Assembly: GCA_010909165.1 (NCBI GenBank)
Contig: MU008174.1
Span: 992,001-1,056,000 of the forward strand
Length of the DNA: 64,000 bases
Source of the DNA: Anthoceros angustus
Taxonomy: Eukaryota; Plantae; Anthocerotophyta
Direction of reading: 5' to 3'
In this document: positions 37,668 through 51,000 of the stretch, piece after piece
Layout: every line of letters starts with the position of its first letter
Numbering within the stretch: the first letter of the stretch is position 1
Made by a program: the position numbers and the translations under genes
The notes under the pieces: model-generated
What the model was told of the DNA's origin: nothing
The model's input: only the letters and a program-made list of their open reading frames with translations
Databases searched by the model: none

Positions 37668-38258
37668 TTGTTGTCAGCATCAAGAGGTGGCAGCAGCTCA
37701 TTCTCTTCTTTTGCCCAGAGCCCTGTGGCAGGTCTTGGTGGGAACCCTGGGACTGATACGGGACGGACTTCAGATTCAATTGGGACTGTAGCAGGCATTG
37801 CACCAGCTTCAACAGTGTACCCTCATGAGGTGATAGAACATGTTACTAGTGCAACCAGTTCTCCCAATGATGAGCAAGTTCTGCCTGTGGCGGGGTGTGA
37901 AAGTGTTGGAGGCAGAGCAGAAGATGTAGTTGTGGATATGATAGAGCTTCTAAAAAAGCTGGATGGAGTATATGGGGCCTCACAGCCCCATGCAGAGTAC
38001 TTAACCAGCCCAGTTCTCCTGTCAAAAGAGACGGTCGTGTATATTGGAGAGGAAGAGGAAACTTATGAGGCAAGCAGTCAGGGTGCATTAGGAAGGCGAC
38101 GTGGCTCATCGTCACTAAGTCAATTCGTTGGAGCAAAGCGGCTAGGTATGCCAGACGTTAATGCTATGCTGGTTATTCTGGTGGCCATGGTTGTTTACAC
38201 TAGAACTATCATCCGTTCTTCCTTCGTCCGCTCCCGACAATCACCCAGGAAGCAGTGA
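37668..38258 (+). CDS. ORF with a C-terminal hydrophobic segment; may be the 3' part of the IQ gene
   Basis: 196-aa open frame with the same composition as the IQ gene tail; ends AMLVILVAMVVYTRTII..SPRKQ. Its connection to the upstream exon is unresolved. Confidence 0.35.
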   Translation: MLSASRGGSSSFSSFAQSPVAGLGGNPGTDTGRTSDSIGTVAGIAPASTVYPHEVIEHVTSATSSPNDEQVLPVAGCESVGGRAEDVVVDMIELLKKLDGVYGASQPHAEYLTSPVLLSKETVVYIGEEEETYEASSQGALGRRRGSSSLSQFVGAKRLGMPDVNAMLVILVAMVVYTRTIIRSSFVRSRQSPRKQ

Positions 38259-41194
38259 TTGCTGTTTAGTCGATTCTGCATAAGGGAAATATCTGGTGTC
38301 AAAGTGTTCTTCCCCTTTCAGGCATGTAGGCCTTCTTCAGCAGTCTGAAAACTCCGGCAGTAGGAATGGCAGTATGATTGCCAAACTATCCTGCTGGATG
38401 GGTTCTTCCGCATGTACATCAAGCCTTCAGCCGCTAAACCACCGGGCTCAACGAGAAGCACACTCTCAAGTATGTGGTAAGAAACTAAGCACAATGCTGC
38501 ATAGGACTGTGGAATCCTGGCAATAGGAATGTTTTGTGACATTGTTATCGCGTGATGTGGTGTCTTACAATTCTATCAGGTGTGAAGCAACAGCGGGTGA
38601 AGTTTTGGTGGACGAGTTGGATCCCAGGCTACTGCTGCATCATTCTTACGACGAATTGAGCTCAAGTCGATGGTAAGCGAAATCCTAGAGAATTTATCGT
38701 ACATGATTGTACTCTACTTCACTATTTCTGTGGAGTTGGAATAATGAACGTGAAGTAGCTGTCTCGTGGACTCCTACTTTTTCAGATCTCCTTGTCCATT
38801 GTTCTTGGTCTGCGATGAAGACAGATGGCATCTACCCATCTTCTCCCCAGGCCAAGCTTGTGTAGGAATTTCCACTCAGGTGTACCGACAGTAGGATGTC
38901 GAAACAGTGAAGCATCTTCTAGTACTGTGATGACACACATGTTTGACACATCGCGTGGAGCGGATCGAATGATTTTAAGACAGGCGCACTGTGCAGCTGC
39001 TTCGCTTTGAGCTTCCCGTTCCATGCTATTCGAGCTACTGGCTGTCCTTGTGTGTAGATTTCGCGAGGGTCAATACTGCTGGAGATGCGGACGCCAGTAC
39101 CTTTTGCCAAGAACTGTTATTATCCTTTTAGGTGGTTCACATGTGCAGACGGAGACTTGTCCGAGTGAAGAGGTGACGCTGAAGCGGGCCTTCCAGTGGC
39201 ATCCAACAAAGAGCTGACCAGCTTTCAATTTCTCCAAGGTACGGTGCTATCGGAAAACAACTTCAACCTTGATGAACCAGGGAGGGCTTCAAGCTTTCCT
39301 GATGCAGACGATATCCTTCAATGCGGATCACAGCAGACACAGAGCAGCAGCCTCCAACAAAGGGCCAGCCTTTTCACAGCACTAAACTGTAAGAGAAACC
39401 GCAGTGCGCACATCACGATGACGCCGGCAGCACCGGCCAGGGCGGAACAGGGTACGGGGGAACGCGAGGTTATGGATCTTATCTTTCTTCCGCACACCTT
39501 CAGCACATATGTAGTGTGCAATCGCTGCCTCTCCCCTGCATCAGTCGGTGATTCTTTGTCCGTTTCTGCTCCCTGCCAGACCTGCCTCAGCACGAGCCAC
39601 TGCCACAACACTACTCTCCTCCCTCTAGGGCATGCTTACCGCTCTTGCTACGCAGATCTAACCTGTCTTAGCCTCAAATCGGCCATGGATTGACGTCGTC
39701 CACACCAGCGCAACAAAACAGGGACTACAGTAACCAGCGAGACGCTGCGATGCTGCCGCTGCCGCTGCTGCTACCGCAACCGCAACGAGCGAGACAGACT
39801 GTCTAAAATCTGATGAGGTCAGAGCTGTACTCGGAGCTGGCTGGCCCCGGCTGTCTGACCATATCTTCGCGGCCATCACGGCAGTGGCAGCAGCACCTTG
39901 GAGAACCTCCTGCGTGCGCCCCTGCCCGCGGCGCCAGGCGAGGAAAGCCTGGCACTGGCTGATGGCTAACCCCCGTCCCGGTAACCTCAACCGATTGCGT
40001 GGTTAGCAGAGTAGGTTAGGGTTATGGATATTGGTGGCCTGTCGGGATCCTCTGCTGGCATGTCAAAGCAGCACACTCCCCGCTGGTGGATGGCGCAACC
40101 ACTGGTCCCTTTTACACTGTTGTTGATTTATGGCAGCCGGAAGCGACACAACCCGCACATGTGCATGTGCACCGAATAAATATCTGCGGTCTATTCGAAT
40201 AAAACCGCAACCGACGGCCCGTCACAATTACCTCGACAGAAGGCGGTCAAATAACAGCGAATCTTTGTAGGTCGTCTGTATACGAGTGATATTAGGTGAT
40301 TGCTCTTTATATTAATATCAGAGGCTTTTTAGTTGATTTATATTACATAAAATGATTTTGATAGGTGATATTCTCGTATTCTAATGTACCTATGGTGAAG
40401 ATGGTGATTTGGGTTCATTAGATAGAGGAAAGGTGAGTTTTTATTAATATATTGGGTATCTATATTTCAATTAAGTTTTGTGGATTATGATTTTGCTAAG
40501 AACCTGGAGACTTTATTTTGCTCTTTATTTTGCTAAGGGGAAAGAGGAAAAAAAAAACGGAGACCAACTTAGATTGTGAAACATAAAAAGAGATCCTTCG
40601 TGCCGATGAAAGGAATGTGTTTGTGAGTTGTACAAACATATATATTCAACAACTTTTTTATTCTTAAAGCTAAAGCTAGCCATAGCAAACGTAGCATATA
40701 GAGCTCCCAACACATCCATCGGAGACCCTTCCAAGAACATGTTACATATGCTTGGACTTGATGCATGCAAATCTATTTTCTAATTTTTATCTAGGGCAAT
40801 GGCACAACGCGGACCTGCAACTGGCATTGAAAGACGATATTGGAGTGAAGAGGTCTGATGAGTCATTCCTGGCTAGTTAATTATCAAGATTTATTACCAT
40901 CTATTACATGCACATATTCTAGCATACTCAAGTATTTGAATATATTCAAGGATTTGAGTATGCTTGAGTATTAACCACTGTATTGTATTCGCTCATCACT
41001 TTTGAAGTAAGTTCTTAGCTGAAAAATTTTAGATCAAGGTTAAAGAATTTAACGACTTCATAAAGACCGAAAAAAACAACAATGCATGTAGACCTTCTTT
41101 AATAATAAATTTGTATCTCTTGCATTGGAATCGCAATTGGGGTGTTTAAAATGTGCTCTTCTTGCAGCTTGCTTTAAAGCTGAAGTTGTATGTT

Positions 41195-41605
41195 GTTCGG
41201 ATGGATTCAACATGTGTTCCTCCAGGCAGGTAATGTGCCCTAATTTGCTTTGATAAGCACACAGAGCAACTCTGACATCCTCTCATGCACACAACTACCA
41301 TCCGGAACCACCAGCCAGCTAGCTGTAAGGACCACACAACCACAGGTCCCAACACATTTCAGACCATCCTCCTATCCGGCTGAGTGTAGGAGCTTGAGGT
41401 GTTTGTAGGAAGAGGCCTGTCCTGTAAATATGAGCGCAAGTGCTGTGGCGACGGGCGGCGGAGTAGGAGCTTGCAAGTCTTGGACACCATCCACGTTGGC
41501 CAAATGGACTTAGAAGGAGGGAGCAGAGATCTCGATAGACCCACCCACCAAATGCTGCGATAGACCTACCCACCAACTGCTCCGTTGGGCCAAGTAGAGG
41601 TCTAT
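41195..41605 (+). pseudogene. Fragmentary pseudogene copy of the E2 gene at 53372, including part of its upstream region
   Basis: ATG at 41430 (atgagcgcaagtgctgtggcgacgggcggcggagtagga) matches 53372; CAG>TAG stop and a 25-bp internal duplication; 41195-41375 matches ~52470-52635. Confidence 0.85.
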
Positions 41606-42549
41606 CTTGAGGAGTGCTTCCATACACTTAACAATTAGATTAGGCTAGCAATTGGTTAGCAATTTGCTAGGCCTTTCTGCAAGCTTGATGTCCGGCTCTT
41701 GTAAGAATTCTCGGCAGGCATGTATTCTTGTTTATCAATTTGATCAATTTACACAAAAAGGAGAAAGACACTCGAAGTGGTGAGATGTTCCTTATGAGAC
41801 TGCTTTGCTACTCCGTGAAAGTCTTGCTTGTGCCCGCACTTTCTACATGCATATCCATTTTCTAATTTCTATCTAGCGCAGCCTCAGCACCCTGGCATTG
41901 CCTTTCAACGTTAGCAATAGGTTCACGTAAAAACTTTATGATTTCAAGGTTAAAAAAAAACGAATTTATGAAGACCTAAAACATGACAATATTGTAGATT
42001 TTATAAAGAATATTCAACTTCAAAGATTTATAATTCCATGGGTAGATAATTTAACGACTTTGCTCTAGCTTCATGGATTTCACACCCGAGGTAGAGGGCA
42101 GCCCCACGCTGCAGCGACCCCACTTCACCTCTGCAGATGTGGGGCACACTATGAGGCTGGCACCCAACTTACGAGTGGACAAGGAAGTGCGCCTTTACTT
42201 CTTTTGTGAAGATGTCAGGAGCAACCTTGTTGTCTAGGGCCAACAAGCTTCTACATGATATTGGAGGGAGAGAAGTGGAAGTCGATCAGGCCATGGCCAT
42301 CAAAGAGCCAAGCCTCTCGTGTTCTTAGCAAAGATTGGCATGCAATTTGCCGCTAGCGTTGGAGAAGCCATCCTTGATCCTTTTGACGAGGACAATGCCG
42401 TCCACATCACTGTGGATTCTTTAGACAAGCTCTCTCCCAAGCGGCCTTGCGCCTCATAGCACCTCTTGCAGCGAGTAATGTTATCTCTAATATAGAGTTG
42501 GAGGAAGTTGCAAAGTGCATGATGCTCGCGCCTCCTGCCGAAGAGGTGT

Positions 42550-42665
42550 GTAAGGGAAAAGAGCTATAAGGGAAAAGATCATCATGGAAGTGGGGTTGCA
42601 TAGGTTTGTAAGGGAAAAGAGCTATAAGGGAAAAGATCATCATGAAAGTGGGGTTGCATAGGTTT
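42550..42665 (+). repeat. 58-bp tandem duplication
   Basis: gtaagggaaaagagctataagggaaaagatcatcatg(g/a)aagtggggttgcataggttt at 42550 and 42608. Confidence 0.9.
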
Positions 42666-45071
42666 GCGACCACCTTTCAGCTTTGAGAGCGTCCTCATCC
42701 ATTAGTGTGATGAGAGCGTCTTCTGTACCTATGGCCACTTTGCCTTTGCCTTGTCTTTACATCCACCTTCTGTTTGCACAAGGTAAAACCATCCATGATC
42801 GTGTCAAGATAAATGCTAGCTATCTCTACACACTTGAACCCTCTGAACAAACCCTACAAAACAAAACTCTATACCAAGAGAACACAGCCATGCCCAAGCC
42901 TCTCTTGTTCTCATGATAAAAAGAGGGAGAGACTCATATTATGTATGTGGCTATTGGGGGTTCAAATCCGGGTCTCCGCTACCATAGGGTGGTACTCTTG
43001 CTTCTAGACTCCAGTCTTCACAACAGATGTTGCACTTGACACTACAGGCATGACTATTTTAAGTGGTAGCACCAGTAAATTATTATAATTATAAATTTAT
43101 AAATGATAACACAAGATTACACACATTTAATTTACTTTGTTACACATACTTTGTGATTTAATTTAACCCTCCTTGATGAAAATATAAATCCCCCTTACCA
43201 CCCGCAATCTTGCTCATTTTGCCCTAGCCGCCATTGGTGGCATTGGAGGGATAATCCATGATAAGTACATTGACACTATTTTGTAGTAAATTTTAGTGAA
43301 GAGACTTACGATTTCAAGGTCAGAGAATTTAATAACTTGTAAAGACTTAAACATGACAACACATGAAATTCCTAATCATTTGAAGAACCCACAGAGTCAA
43401 ACTAGAATTCCTAATCACTTGAAGTAATCACTTGAAGAAATCATAGGGTCAAACTGCTAAAATTGAATATCGTGAAAACTTTAGATGAGATGTGGATGGC
43501 CCACAATGAGTTATCAACAAGAACAATACATATTAGATGTCCAAGAAATTATTTTATTCTATTTTGCCCATTGACCCTTATTCTATTTTGCAGTTGCTCC
43601 ACTGACCCTTATACCATAGATCCTTATATACGCGAGAAGTGAGTGTCACAACATGGGTTTACAATGGCAAATAACAGCAGTCCTAGTGACACGGTCTCAT
43701 CACTCCATCACACTCTTGTTTGAGATATAGATAGTTTGAAACAAAACTATTATGGAATTTTTTTCATTGAATAATAAAACTTTTTAAAATACACATGAGT
43801 ATGATGATCTTGTGCAGCAACAACATAGAAAGCTAGATAGATAAAATTTTGCATAGGAGAACTAAGATATTGGACAAGCAAATCCCTCATAAAGAACTAG
43901 AGATGTCCTAGAGCCAAGTGAACTGAAAATTTGCCATGAGGTTGTGGTTATGATACATAAACCTTCTTTGCAAATGGTTTTTTTCATCAATTCTCTGTGA
44001 AGGCCACAATGTGTGTATGGTGGGATGGTAATGGAAGCCGCAATAAACGCGGGGAACGGACATGAACACACAACCCCAAGCCCGATGTGTTTGGTGGGCA
44101 GTCCCACTGACAGCGTGCAGAGTGTTTTCCGGCGGGAGCAATGTGAGGCGATGGTGTTAAAAATAGACGGCATTCAAAAATTTGAAAAGTTTCACCTCGT
44201 TTGAAGCAGGATGTCCTGAAGTAGAAGTCCCGATGGCGCCCAAAGGTAACGGAACGTGAATTCAGCCTAGGCACCTAGGCTGGCCCCTGGCCCTGGCCAG
44301 CCCGGGCCCGGGCCCGGGCCCGGGCGTTTCTTCCGCCAAGCTTTCTCTCTCTTCTTTGGCCACGGAGTCCCAAAATCTCCTGCCTTCATACTTTTCTCTT
44401 TCCCTCCATCGCCAGCAGCGAGCAGCCAGCAGCAGCGAGTGCAGACAGCAGCAGACAGCTCGTCTCCCGCTCGCTGCGTCTCCTGCCACCGCATCCACTC
44501 CTCCCGGGGCCTCGCCATCGCCTCACGCTCGGCCCGTTCCTTCGCGGCTCCTTCCGGTCGGAGAGCAGAAAGCCCGCCTCTCCCCGCTCGGAGGCCGGGA
44601 CGGGGCGGGCTCTTCTGCATGCGCGGAGGAGGGGACTCGGGAGCGGGCATTGTTAGGGCCCGGGGCTGGGAGAGCCGCGAGCTCGCTGTGGTGGGTTTTG
44701 TTGGGTCCTGGATGAGCTGAGCTGAAGCGAGCTGAAGCCAGCTGAAGCGAGCTGGAGTGGAGTTGGAGCGGAGCTGGAGCTGGAGCTGGAGCACGAGTGG
44801 AGGTGAAGTGGAGGTGGAGCTGGAGGTGGGTTTTGAGTGAGGGAATCGGGGGAGGGGAATGCAGCTGAGCCCAATGCCGGGCCCGATGCCTGTGCGGAGC
44901 AGGGAGCTGAGCGAGGGCGGGAGCGGGTGAGAATTTGGGGGGGCAGCGGGGTCCGGTGTGCAGCTCTGGAGCTGCGGAATTTTGGGCTGAAGGAATGCCG
45001 AGGCGCAGCGGGAGGGGAAGGAGCCGTTGACTTTGGCGTTTTGGGTCGTGCCGGTTTGTAGATAGAGCAAG

Positions 45072-48000
45072 ATGAAGGCCGACACGCCTCTCGACTATGC
45101 CGTGTTCCAGCTCACTCCGACTCGGACAAGGTGAATGTGGGTGCAGAGAGGGGATGTGGAGTTTAGATCTAGTGGGGGTTGGGGTGGGGAAGACGTGGAC
45201 GATGACGGAGTTGGGTGGTGTTGGTTTGGGGTGGTGTCGGGAGGAATGTGGTGGTGGTTAGGTGCGGTTTTTGATGTGGTGGGTTTGTTTTGAGCAGGTG
45301 TGAGCTGCTGGTGTCGGCCGGGGGTGTCACTGAGAAGTTGGCATCCGGATTGCTGAAGCCGTTTCAGGCGCACCTGCGTGCTGCCGAAGAGCAGATCGCG
45401 CAAGGTGGCTACTCCATCAAACTGGATCCCAAGGCAGCAGGAGTTTCCAATGGTGCCGCTCCTTGGTTTTCTAAGGGAACGATGGAAAGGTTCGGGTGCC
45501 CTGGAGTGCTGCAGGTTGTGGGCTGGGTTCGTCGTGAGGTTGGGAAGGTGTTGTCTCAGACAGGTGGTGGCGTTTGTTGGTTGGCAGGTTTGTCCGTTTT
45601 GTAAGCACTCCGGAGGTGCTAGAGCGTGTGAGTACAGTGGAGACTGAGCTCATGCAGCTTGAAGAGGCAATGAACATGCAATCAACTGATTCCGCGCGGG
45701 TGAACATCTTGTGACCTGCCTTGTTCTTTCCTGTTTCTCAATGAGTTTTTTGTTGTTGTGATTACTAAACGATTTTGGTTCTTAGGTTGATGATTCGGGT
45801 CGGAATGAACCACCAACGCCACCACCTGGTATGCCATTTTGGTTGCACCGCTGTATGCAGCTTCATTCGTTTTGGTGGAATCAATGCTTGGCTCTTACAC
45901 TACTTTGTATCCCGCAGCTGCAAAGCAGGCATATGGACTTGGCATGGACAAAAATGCAACTTCTCTGAAGGTGAGGTGGTGCTTCTGGATCCAGATGTTG
46001 TAAGTGTCGTTATCAAGCCTTTGGCAGTCTTGCCTCACTCCGTTGATTATTTTGTGCAGCAGTTGAGGCGAGAATCTGTTGATGGACCTGATGTTGGAGA
46101 GAGTTCAAAGTACGTGCACACTATCTAATTGCCGTTGGAGAAATGTATGCTGTGCCTGACGCCAGCTGTCAGTTCTCACCGGGCTCCTAAATGTTATGAT
46201 GTAGGAGGAGATTGCTCAGGGCTATGGATGCACGCCGATTGATGCTGCAGAAGGAGCAAGGCATGGCCTTTGCTCGTGCTTCGGCAGCGGGGTTTGATAT
46301 GGATCACATGAACGACTTGATGATATTTGCCGAAACATTTGGAGCTATCCGTTTGCGGTAAGCCGCCAAAACCTTATCCAGCAGCCCATTGAGGTTGGTA
46401 GTCAAACAGGTCGCAGTGGATCTGAGGTCTTGTGCCACCAGCTTTGCTGAGGACACGTCTTGGTGTCTTAGAGGTTCCCCTCAAAGTCTTAACCGCTGGT
46501 TTCTTTTGGCAGGGAGGCTTGTCTGAAATTTATGGCCCTGTGCAAGAAGAGACAAGAGGCTGGTCTATGGATTGAGGAGTTGGATTTGACAGCTGCAGAA
46601 GCTGCATCTGTCCGTTCCGAGGCTGTAGGTGGGCCTGAGAAGCAGGAGATGTGGTCGGATTTGCACAGTGAATCTGGCGAGTACAAGCTTGACGCAGGTT
46701 ATGATGATGTCAATCGGGCACAAGGCAATCACTATGGAGAAGGAAGAGGCTACTATGTGGAGGACTTCACTCACAACGATCCCCACAGAAGGGTAGGGCA
46801 GCACTACGGAGAAGGAAATGGGGAACTATCATCTAGTTACCGTCCTCGAGGCAAGCCTCATCAGTACGGCATGGTCAACCAGCGTCAAACAGATGATCCT
46901 GGCAGTTACGTGCACGACGGATCTGGCAGGTTCTCGGATGATGGGCTGATGGGCCCAAGACCATCGCTTTGGCAGCAGTCATCTGCTGTTCCCCCTGCCG
47001 TCCAGTTTCAGCCCCCATCTCTTGGTAAATTTGCAGGTCCTAGATTGCCAGTCGAGGGAGCTTACCCTGAGCATGCGGCTGGTGACTACAGAGATGCAGA
47101 ACCTGGCAGATCCACGAGGCCCAGGGCTACCTGGTCTGCACTGTCCCCCAGACAGGTGCCGAACTTTCCCCACATGGGCGACGGTGACATGTATGATTCA
47201 AGGGCTCGGTATGATATGGGGTACAATGGGGGAAGCCAAGTTGGAAGAGGTGTCCCACCTCCTCCAGGAAGTCATGCGCACCAAGGATTTCCTGATAACC
47301 ACCTTCAGCAGGAGAGGCAGATGGAGCAACAGCATCTGCAGCCATCAAACCAGCTGCACTGGCAGATGGGTCAAATTTATCCAGAAGGGTATGATGTAAG
47401 GGGTTCTCCACACGCTCCTCCCCAAGCTTATGGTGATTCAGAGGCTTCAAGTGAGATAGATCATGCAGGAGGAGCGCCTGCTCCTCCCAGGGAGTGGCAG
47501 GTCTCTACTCCAACGAAAGGCCAGCATCCTACAGCGGTGTTCCAGAACAACGGCATCCACACAGGACCTACTTCTCAGGACAGCCCGTCGAAAGATATGC
47601 TCTCTCCGACAGACATGAATACCAGCAGGCGTCTCGCCCGCAGATCTACGTCTCCCAAACGGAGGTCACCCTCCCCGATGAGAAGAGTTCAAATCGGGCG
47701 TAATGGGCAACGGCGTCCAGGCATGGTTGTCATTCGAAACATCAACTACATAACCTCGAATCCTCAAGAACGTGAAAAAGATAAGGGCAACGCCAAGGGA
47801 TCAGGTGATGATGATGAAGAGGAGAGCGAGTTAGAAACTGATTCTGGCGAGGAACCTCTTTCTCGCAAAGCTGAGGGCGTCCGAATGAGTGTTCAAGATG
47901 CCATAAGCCTTTTTGAGGGGAAGAAGCGGGAGTCTGGAGGAGTCTCGAAGAAGAAAGGTGGAAAGAAAGATAGTCGCAGAGGGTCTGTCGAGAGTGCAAG

Positions 48001-51000
48001 TTCAGTCTTGTCCCACAAGGGCTCATTCAAGCGGTGGAGCGGTGCTAGTGAGCTCAGCTCGGATTCCCTGCCACAATCACAGCTCGAGCATGAGCTGGAA
48101 GAGGAGGTTGACCAGAGCACCGGAGATTCACATGCCAGCTTTGTTAAACAGAAGCACAATCTTGGAGATGAGATGGCTTTCATGAGTGGAATGGCTGGCA
48201 ATAGCTCGAATTTGTCAGGAGCCAAGGAGTCGAGCTCTTCAGCTAACTATGGAGATCATCATTCTGCCTGGCAAGCTGACCAGTTTGAAGCAGAGTTGAA
48301 CAGTCGTCAGGATCGTGGAAACAAATCAACAATGGATGATTCATTTATGTTCTCAGATAGGGAGGTGCGTAACAGAAATACCAGAGATCTTTCTTCTCAC
48401 ACTTTTGAGGAGAGCCGTGATCCCTCCAAGCCATTTCCGTCTGAAGAGCCCATGATGGTGCCCGAAAGGCAGCGTGTGGAAGCTCCCAAACAAAGGGTTT
48501 TATCTGATGATGTGGCCGAAGTTCAGGGTTCTGTTGCTGGGCGCGGGCCCATTGCAGATGACTCTTTTATGCTTGGTGAACGCTCGGAGCCGACGAAGTC
48601 TGGAATTGCCCCCAGTTCTCGGATGTTGAACCCTGACATGGATTTGAAGGACGACAGAAAGGATGAGCTGAAGTACAAAGTTGATGACTCTTTTATGGTT
48701 TCAGCCCGGCAGGAGCAGAGCAGCAATATGTGGCGAATGGCTGTAAACATGGAATCTGAGCTGCCCTCTCATCAGTACAGCTCTACTGATGTGCCGGCGA
48801 AGGATGATACAACGTCATATGAGCCAGAGGATGTATTCATGTTGCCTGAGCGCAATGTATCCAGAGATTCATTCGGGAGGGCCTGGAACGCCACAATCGA
48901 CTATGACGTGGAGTTGCTTCGTGATGGTCAGCAGGGAGAAGACGATGAGGTGAGGAGTGTTGCAGGTGATGGCGTATCTCCGAAGTCCCAGAAGGGTAGG
49001 TTCTATGAGCAATACCGGGAGAAGAGAGAAGCCAAGCTTCGTGAGGAATCGGGTCCGAAGAGGGCCGAACGAGAAGCGAAATTGAAAGCCATGCAGGAAG
49101 TCTTGGAGAGGAGAAAAGCTGAAATGTCAGCGAGAATTGGAAGAACTGCAGATAGGAGCAATTCCTTGGCTGAGGCACAGGCTCGTGCTGAGAAACTGCG
49201 GGCATATAAAGCTGGGTTAGCGAGGAGCAAGAAGGAGAAGGTAGACATCAGAATACTGACCACACGATGCTTTGGTACTGCCTTTAAGGATAGGAGTGTC
49301 CCAATTGTGTAACTCTTGGGGACTAGTGATTGTGGTGGGTGCTGGTTTATTATCAGTTTTCGGTAGGATTTTCCTGGGGATGTGACGACATCCCCAGTGA
49401 TCGTTGTGCATGTTATTTCCCATGGTTCTTTGAGCCTTCTAACAACGTGTCCCACCTTGCCAGGAGGAGGAAGAGAAGAAGCGTCTGGAGGAGCTTAGAG
49501 CCCAACGCCGGGAAAGGATTGCAGCGAGAAGTAGTCCTACTTCAGTTGGAACGCAATCTGCTGCTTCGACTCCTCGAGCGTCTGCCAGACAGCCTCAGCC
49601 GCCTACACCAAAACCCAATATTGTGAGGAAGCTTTCCCCAACCCCTCAGAAGGCAACAACCTCCGCAAGCACTCCTCGAAGCGCTGCCCGTGGTGTGGCT
49701 ACATCTTCTCCAAGGCCCCTGCCTAAGAACTCCCCAAGCAGTAGGCGGACTACAGGTGCAGGTCAATCTGGCAATGGTGAGAACCCGCTCAGTCGCTCTG
49801 TGCCCTCTCTGGCAGAGCTAAGGAAGGAGAACACCAAGCCCTCAGGGGGGCGCACTGGAACAAACTCACTTCAGGACAGCAAATCTGTTCTTCCGGCAAC
49901 CAAAGCCACTGGCCCTGGAGGTCGAGCAAAGCCTTCCAGTGAAGCTGCGCTTGTGGAAGCCAATGGGGGTGTTCCTGCGGCTTCTCGGGCTTCTAGGGTG
50001 GGTGCTGATGACAGAAGGAAGAGTGTCACCGGCAGGAAGAGTCTTTCTGGTGCCACAGAACCCAGGGTACACTCTGCCCCTTCCCAGGAAAAATCCGTGT
50101 TGGGACCACTTAAAGTCTCCAGGGATTTGCTTCCTGAGCCTACTGTGGCTAGTAGAGTTACCAGGAGGACTGTAGCACCTGCCCATGATGCCAAGCCTTT
50201 CCTAAGGAAAGGGACTGGCATTGGGCCAGGAGCTGGTCCAGGTGTTCGCAAGCTGAAGGATGCTCTTGCTGAAGCCCAGAAGGTCCAGGATGAGGATGAT
50301 GTTGCATCAAATGCTGACACTGCGTCTGTCGTTGATGCTCCATCTACTCCGGCTTTAAGGGTGCATGTCAGTGATGGGGAAGCGATGTTTGCAGACTCAT
50401 ATCCGGAGGCTGAAGCCCCAAGCGTCACTGTTGCTGACGAAGAGGGTTTGGAGAGAGCTGGTGTGGGCCCTGGTCTCACTGCAATTCGAGCCCCGAGATC
50501 AATTGCCCCTGGAGCAGTGAGTTCTGATTCATCTCTTGAAACCCAAGCATCAGGTGCAGGACACCAAGATTCCGTAATCCAGGAGGTCTCAGGACGTGAG
50601 GATGTGAAGGAGCTTGCTGTTCAAGCTCCTGCTGAAGATCTGGATATTCCCTCTGTGGCACCCACCACAAAGTCCATCTCTCCTCCTAGGATCCAGACCA
50701 ATTACCCTGTGAGAGTTGCAGAGCCTTCTTCTTCCTTCAAATCATCGTCAGCACCAAGTGTTCGGCAACCTGAAACCTATGAGGCTCCCCATGCAGAATT
50801 GACAAGCTCTCCCATGCATCCTTCCATTTCAATCTCAACTCAAGGTAGGGACCCTGAACCTACCATTTCAACACATTTACCTGTACCTCCTGCTGCCTCT
50901 TCAGTCCTTGTAGCTCCTCCTACCCCCTTGCCAGTGAAGAAAACTCTGCTGGAGGCTTTGATATCCAGTGAACCTTATGTCGCTCCCTTGGCACCAGCTT

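Noticed and set aside
38782-39990. Short ORFs on both strands as a gene
   Set aside because: Could not build a consistent spliced or frameshift-repaired model or recognise a domain.
40760-43360. Short dispersed AT-rich repeats (~41030, 41940, 43310) as a defined MITE
   Set aside because: Similarity is visible but no terminal inverted repeats or target-site duplications could be defined.
44267-45085. 272-aa minus-strand ORF
   Set aside because: Low-complexity, GC-rich antisense of the CIP7-like leader with gagctg and gcccgg repeats; no domain.
49871-50479. 202-aa minus-strand ORF
   Set aside because: Antisense shadow of a large CIP7-like exon.
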